Source: Candidatus Thorarchaeota archaeon (GTDB taxonomy: Archaea; Asgardarchaeota; Thorarchaeia; Thorarchaeales; Thorarchaeaceae). From it: a stretch of DNA of 13,002 bases. Below, in pieces: positions 8,790 through 13,002 of the stretch; position 1 is the stretch's first letter; every line of letters starts with the position of its first letter. The stretch covers positions 1 through 13,002 of the forward strand of contig PRDH01000043.1 in assembly GCA_003345545.1 (NCBI GenBank). The letters run 5' to 3'. The position numbers and the translations under genes were made by a program. The notes beneath the pieces are model-generated. The model made no database searches. It had not been told where the DNA came from and saw nothing but the letters and a program-made list of their open reading frames with translations.

Positions 8790-9565
8790 ACCTTGACACC
8801 TCTCGTATGGGATCGTGCTCTCAGAACATTCCTGATTTCTATGAAAGCATCCAATGTCTCTCTATTCAGGACTCGGTTCCCACGTCGGGTTCGTTTTGAT
8901 GGCATGTGTTTCGCAGGCGTTCTTCCAAAGGCTCTCATCTCTCCGAGAATGAAGTCACGTAATTCCTCGTGGAACGTGATGCCCTCGATTCTCTCCTCAG
9001 ATGCATCTGAGGTCAGTCTTTGAATAAGGAGTGCAGCAAGTCCGGTTGCTTGTGCCACCGTTGAACCACCCGCGGTTTCTATCAACACTGTTCCAATTCG
9101 GAACAGTCTGTCGAACGGCCCCCTGCGTGTCCGCACATTGACCACGGTGCGGAATGGCAAATGCCTCTTTGTGATGTTGATGATGCCCTTACGTGAGTAA
9201 ATCTCTGGGATTGCATCACCCGACCAACCTATTGCTGAATACTCGATTCTCCTCACATAGACGAATGAGTAGATTGAGCCAAGGGCAAAGAAGACTGCTG
9301 CAGCTATGATGTAGATCAGGCTTGCTGTCTCCCAGCCGATAATGGTCAGGATCTCTAGTGGTTCAAATGCTGCAAGGGCAATCTCCAAAAACCAAGGGCT
9401 GTCAAGTCCAATGAAGAGCACTCGTATTGCGAGCCAGATGAATGCAATAACAGTTCCTACTTTAAGCATCTTCTTGTACAGGAATGCATTGCTTGGCCTG
9501 AACACTCTACCACTAGTGATGGGTTCAATTGGCGGTCTTATGAGTCGTTCCTCATCCTGAGTCAT
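8786..9565 (-). CDS. bPH_2 (bacterial PH / DUF304, YdbS-like) membrane protein, paralog 4 (divergent, basic)
   Basis: Two TM segments, then KGIINITKRHLPFRTVVNVRTRRGPFDRLFRIGTVLIETAG..IEGI. ATG 9565 aligns with the paralog N-termini; GTG 9574 is an alternative. Confidence 0.88.
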   Translation of the reverse strand: MTQDEERLIRPPIEPITSGRVFRPSNAFLYKKMLKVGTVIAFIWLAIRVLFIGLDSPWFLEIALAAFEPLEILTIIGWETASLIYIIAAAVFFALGSIYSFVYVRRIEYSAIGWSGDAIPEIYSRKGIINITKRHLPFRTVVNVRTRRGPFDRLFRIGTVLIETAGGSTVAQATGLAALLIQRLTSDASEERIEGITFHEELRDFILGEMRAFGRTPAKHMPSKRTRRGNRVLNRETLDAFIEIRNVLRARSHTRGVKV

Positions 9566-9577
9566 AGGGTACACGCT

Positions 9578-10300
9578 TCACTTTCTTTCTTCTCTCAATA
9601 GGTCCCGAATCTCTCGCAAGACCAGCAGAATCTCATCCTCAAGGTTGTCTTCTGTTCTTTGAACTGCTTCTTCCTCAGGTAGTACAACTTCAGTTCCTGT
9701 CACATAGGGGTCCTTGAACCTCCGCAACTCTCTCAGAATGAAGTCTCTCAGTTCTTCATAAAATGTGATACCCTCAAGTTTCTCCTCTGCGGCTTGCGTT
9801 GTTCCGGAAAATCCTGCTGTTTCAATCTCCACTGAACCTATACTGAATAGCCTGTCAAAGAGACCGGCTCTGCTTGCGATATTCGTAATCGTTCTAAACG
9901 GAACATGTTTCCTTGTTATGTTGATGATTCCTTTCTTTACGAATATCTCTGGCATTGCTTCTCCTGAACGGGCAATCACCGAGTACTCGATGGACCTCAG
10001 ATAGATGGGGATAATGATGAGTGCGGGAATCAACCAGATTGCTGTAATGACCCAATACCAGATATTCAGAGTCAGCCACCAATACTGGTAGAAGAACTCC
10101 GAGGTCGCGTTCGACCCTGTTATCCAGTCGGTAAGCCAGAGTGCTACGGAAATAGATCCAACGATAATCACCCAGAGCATCACCGCAGTGAAGACTCCCA
10201 CGAACCACATCTTATTTCTGAATGCTCTCGAAGGCTTGAACACCTTACCACTTGACACATTCTCCATTGGGGGCCTGATTACCTTTCCTTCGTCTGCCAT
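9578..10300 (-). CDS. bPH_2 membrane protein, paralog 3
   Basis: Two TM segments, KGIINITRKHVPFRTITNIASRAGLFDRLFSIGSVEIETAG..LEGI, C-terminal EILLVLREIRDLL. Confidence 0.92.
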   Translation of the reverse strand: MADEGKVIRPPMENVSSGKVFKPSRAFRNKMWFVGVFTAVMLWVIIVGSISVALWLTDWITGSNATSEFFYQYWWLTLNIWYWVITAIWLIPALIIIPIYLRSIEYSVIARSGEAMPEIFVKKGIINITRKHVPFRTITNIASRAGLFDRLFSIGSVEIETAGFSGTTQAAEEKLEGITFYEELRDFILRELRRFKDPYVTGTEVVLPEEEAVQRTEDNLEDEILLVLREIRDLLREERK

Positions 10301-10302
10301 CT

Positions 10303-11061
10303 CTATCTCTCCTCTCTACCTGTTTTTCTGTCGATGCGTTCCAACACATCTCTAATCTCATGCAGTGTCATCAGTATCTCGTCGTCCAGACTTTCATGCA
10401 GTCTAGGAACAGGTTCATCTCGAGGCAAGACGACTTCCGTGCCCGTGACATAAGGGTCTCTGAATCTTCTTAGTTCCTGCAAGATGAAATCTCTGACCTC
10501 CTCGTAGAAGGTTATTCCCTCCAGCTTCTCTTCAGGTCCTGTTTGGCCGCCTGGACCACCTGAGTATCCGGCCGTCTGAATCTCGACAGTGCCAATCCCA
10601 AACAATCTATCGACAGGACCTGCTCGCGAACTGATATTCGTAATTGTCCTGAATGGAACATGTTTCTTGGTCACGTTGATGAGGCCCTTGCGGACATAGA
10701 TCTCTGGCATTACCATTCCTGACTTCGAGATGACACTGTACTCAATTCTTCGTATGTAGAGTGGAATGGCCACCATAATGGGCAGCCACCAGAAGAGAAG
10801 CGCGATTGCGTACCAGAAGTTGAGCATGGGGAACACATCATAGAAAACAGCAAAGAAGGTCGCCCAGGTTCCACTATTGTCCATCATGTTGAAAAAAGCC
10901 CCCAATATGAGTATTCCATTGGCCACTAGCCAGAACCATATTGCAAGAAAGCTGTATTCGGACCATTCCTTGTAGTAGAATCTGGTGTCTGGTCTGAATA
11001 CTCTCCCACTTGTTACATCTTCCATTGGTGGTCTAATGATACGTCCTTCTTCGTTTCCCAT
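10303..11061 (-). CDS. bPH_2 membrane protein, paralog 2
   Basis: Two TM segments, KGLINVTKKHVPFRTITNISSRAGPVDRLFGIGTVEIQTAG..LEGI, C-terminal EILMTLHEIRDVL. SD GAGGT upstream. Confidence 0.92.
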   Translation of the reverse strand: MGNEEGRIIRPPMEDVTSGRVFRPDTRFYYKEWSEYSFLAIWFWLVANGILILGAFFNMMDNSGTWATFFAVFYDVFPMLNFWYAIALLFWWLPIMVAIPLYIRRIEYSVISKSGMVMPEIYVRKGLINVTKKHVPFRTITNISSRAGPVDRLFGIGTVEIQTAGYSGGPGGQTGPEEKLEGITFYEEVRDFILQELRRFRDPYVTGTEVVLPRDEPVPRLHESLDDEILMTLHEIRDVLERIDRKTGREER

Positions 11062-11085
11062 TTTTCCTAACCTCGCCTTTTCTAC

Positions 11086-11817
11086 TTACAACTTGGTCCT
11101 AAGAATCTCTCGGATATCGCGAATAGCCTTCAGAATCTCGTCATCCAGAGAGCCCTCAATCCTTGGGACTACATCGTTTTGTGGAACGGGTATCTCAGTG
11201 CCTGTTGCATAGGGTTCTCTGAATCTCCTGAGCTCAGCCAAGACAAATCGCGTGAGTGTTTCGTAGGCCTTAATGCCCTCAAGCTTTTCCTCGGGTCCAG
11301 TCTGACCACCGGGGCCGCCTGAGTAGCCAGCTGTCTGAATCTCAACATTGCCGATTCCGAATAGTCTGTCAATTATGCCTGCTCTCGAGGAGATGTTCGT
11401 TATGGTTCTGAATGGAACGTGTTTCTTAGTCACGTTGATGATTCCCTTACGACAGTAAATCTCTGGGGATGCCTCTCCTGTTTCAGAAATCACTGAATAC
11501 TCTATCGAGCTAATGTAGATTGGTATTGCTACCATGGCGGGAATCAGCCAAGCAAGCTCTGCAACAATGGTCCAATAGTTCACGATGCCCAACCATTGAG
11601 TGATAAAGAGTGTATGACTCCATCCCTCATCCAATGATACCAGAAATGATATACCGTAGACAGATCCAATGACCATGAACCAGGTCATGGTGGCTGCCAA
11701 CGCTGCACTGAACCAGTACTTATTTTGCAAGGCCTTTGACGGCCTGAACGTCTTTCCGCTGGTTATACCCTCAATTGCTGGAAAATATCCAGCTGCTACT
11801 TCCTCGTTCAAACTCAT
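11086..11817 (-). CDS. bPH_2 membrane protein, paralog 1
   Basis: Two TM segments, KGIINVTKKHVPFRTITNISSRAGIIDRLFGIGNVEIQTAG..LEGI, C-terminal EILKAIRDIREIL. ATGA overlap with the upstream gene. Confidence 0.92.
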   Translation of the reverse strand: MSLNEEVAAGYFPAIEGITSGKTFRPSKALQNKYWFSAALAATMTWFMVIGSVYGISFLVSLDEGWSHTLFITQWLGIVNYWTIVAELAWLIPAMVAIPIYISSIEYSVISETGEASPEIYCRKGIINVTKKHVPFRTITNISSRAGIIDRLFGIGNVEIQTAGYSGGPGGQTGPEEKLEGIKAYETLTRFVLAELRRFREPYATGTEIPVPQNDVVPRIEGSLDDEILKAIRDIREILRTKL

Positions 11818-12470
11818 TCACCTTCTTGTGTTTCTCTCTGATAGCGAGGAAGTTGTTTCGCTCCAAGCTTGCCGAAGATTCTGATAGACTGTTGAGTCAT
11901 ATACATCTCTTCTTCCTTAGGGTTCAGAGTGAGATTGTATTCCTTTAGGATTGTATCGAGAGTCTCTCTGCATTCCTCGAGTTTTGGACACTGCTTTCCA
12001 TCAGTCTGAGCTAGGGGGTCATATGGTGTTCCATCACAGAGCTTTCCGCCATAGTTGGTATGCTCATACCAAATGATCACACCCAGTCCAAGAGTAAAGA
12101 CAATGTACACATTTGTGTTCGCCTGGTAGTCAAAGCCTGTGAGGATGCCCTTCTCTCCGTTGACATTCTCGATATCCAGTCGATGACTGTTTGCATGCTG
12201 CTTGAGGCTATCCTCGATCTTTGACTTGGCTCTAGTAAGAACCCTGGAAACATAGGCTGAGCTTGTGAACTGCATCCTGCTAATCTTCTCTTTCTCCTTC
12301 TCTGCCTCTTTTGGATTGCTGATTCTGCTATCAATTTCCTTGGCAAGGATACTAAAGATATAGTCAGGAATGTGCTTGGGCTTCTCATACTCACTGAAGA
12401 TATCAGATGTGGGCTTACCGTGATGGTATTCCCACCAGACCACTGCTTCATGAGTCGAGAGTAGTCCCAT
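11814..12470 (-). CDS. Putative transcriptional regulator: sigma70-region-4-like HTH with an insertion, plus a C-terminal His/Cys3 metal-binding region
   Basis: LSTHEAVVWWEYHHGKPTSDIFSEY and TSSAYVSRVLTRAKSKI match the LS..E..V......G....EIA...S...V...L.RAK.KL pattern. C-terminal WYEH-x7-C-x15-C-x5-C. First gene of the operon, next to a palindrome array. Confidence 0.65.
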   Translation of the reverse strand: MGLLSTHEAVVWWEYHHGKPTSDIFSEYEKPKHIPDYIFSILAKEIDSRISNPKEAEKEKEKISRMQFTSSAYVSRVLTRAKSKIEDSLKQHANSHRLDIENVNGEKGILTGFDYQANTNVYIVFTLGLGVIIWYEHTNYGGKLCDGTPYDPLAQTDGKQCPKLEECRETLDTILKEYNLTLNPKEEEMYMTQQSIRIFGKLGAKQLPRYQRETQEGE

Positions 12471-12495
12471 AGTGTTCTTCCTCGCATCACGCGCA

Positions 12496-12510
12496 ATTTA
12501 ACCCTTTCTG
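12496..12510 (-). promoter_or_regulatory. BRE/TATA promoter for a leaderless regulator-bPH operon transcript
   Basis: Minus strand CAGAAAGGG-TTAAAT ends 26 bp upstream of ATG 12470. No SD is visible before that ATG. Confidence 0.65.
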
Positions 12511-12591
12511 GTCAAACTTTACTGCGCTGTGGTAAACATTTATATGCGAATGAATATAAATCTTTACCATCGTGCTGTAAACATTTACAGC
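12511..12591. promoter_or_regulatory. Array of four palindromic operator-like boxes GTAAA-NN-TTTAC
   Basis: GTCAA-AC-TTTAC 12511-22, GTAAA-CA-TTTAT 12532-43, ATAAA-TC-TTTAC 12556-67, GTAAA-CA-TTTAC 12577-88 (extends to GCTGTAAA-CA-TTTACAGC). Start-to-start spacing is 21, 24 and 21 bp. Confidence 0.8.
12531..12545 (+). promoter_or_regulatory. Putative BRE/TATA promoter of the ABC ATPase gene, overlapping box 2
   Basis: GGTAAACA-TTTATAT, which predicts a TSS near 12570. Confidence 0.5.
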
Positions 12592-12607
12592 TCACGAGAT
12601 GATAACG

Positions 12608-13002
12608 ATGGCACGAAACGGAACGGTAATTCGAACTGAAGGTCTGAGCAAGAGCTTTGGCTCTGTTCAGGCTGTTAGAGATTTGAACCTAGAGGTTTCC
12701 TCAGGCAGCAGATTCGGTTTCCTCGGCCCAAACGGAGCTGGGAAGACGACCACGGTAAGAGTGTTGTCAGGTCTCTTGAAGCAGACTAGCGGCAATGCCA
12801 CAGTCTGCGGTTTTGATGTGAACACTCAACGAGATGCAATCAAGGCTGCGACGGGTCTACTTCCAGAGTCACCTGGGCTCTACTCAAAGCTGTCTGCCGT
12901 GGAATTCCTAGAGTTCATAGGAGCACTTCACGGTCGGAATGGGGAGGCTCTGAATAGACGCATTGACAGTCTGCTTTCCATTCTTGGATTGGAAGGTCGA
13001 CA
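12608..13002 (+). CDS. ABC transporter ATP-binding protein (ABC-2/multidrug type), 3'-truncated by the window
   Basis: MARNGTVIRTEGLSKSFGSVQAVRDLNLEVSSGSRFGFLGPNGAGKTTT (Walker A), then GLLPESPGLYSKLSAVEFLEF. SD-like GAGATGA upstream; in-frame ATG 12599 is an alternative. Not in the ORF track. Confidence 0.93.
   Translation, partial: MARNGTVIRTEGLSKSFGSVQAVRDLNLEVSSGSRFGFLGPNGAGKTTTVRVLSGLLKQTSGNATVCGFDVNTQRDAIKAATGLLPESPGLYSKLSAVEFLEFIGALHGRNGEALNRRIDSLLSILGLEGR

Noticed and set aside
8786-11817. CRISPR, DGR or recent duplication as the source of the repeats
   Set aside because: Similarity is at the protein level with many synonymous differences. There are no identical spaced repeats, no reverse transcriptase and no template/variable repeat pair.
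8793-11884. Recurrent antisense ORFs with similar text (e.g. GLNTLPLV..SIGGLM)
   Set aside because: They are shadows of the conserved paralog codons on the opposite strand.
12532-12583. GTAAACA twice, identical to the eukaryotic forkhead consensus
   Set aside because: It is part of a 12-bp palindrome and a BRE-TATA element, and no forkhead-like protein is present. Probably coincidence.

Overview
An archaeal-type window (TATA/BRE promoters, GGTGA/GAGGTG Shine-Dalgarno sites, a leaderless start). Gene style suggests an Asgard/Thorarchaeota-like genome, but this is inference only. Left to right: the 3' end of a ubiquitin-like gene whose GG is followed by an 18-aa tail; an intact MoaD/ThiS/SAMP gene; a hypothetical gene plus glutamate dehydrogenase (-), divergent from an internally duplicated Lrp/AsnC-like regulator (+); a membrane-anchored BPL_N/class I glutamine amidotransferase-like protein; a Gfo/Idh/MocA oxidoreductase; a membrane protein; and a TIM-barrel isomerase/epimerase. 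The most notable part is 8.6-13 kb. A tightly coupled minus-strand operon encodes an unusual HTH regulator with a probable His/Cys3 metal site, four tandem paralogous two-TM bacterial-PH (bPH_2, YdbS-like) proteins with variable membrane segments and MscL-like C-terminal helices, and an unannotated small TM ORF with an ATA start. It is divergent from an ABC-2-type ATPase across a 137-bp spacer that holds four phased copies of the palindrome GTAAA-NN-TTTAC. No CRISPR array, tRNA, rRNA or mobile element was recognised.
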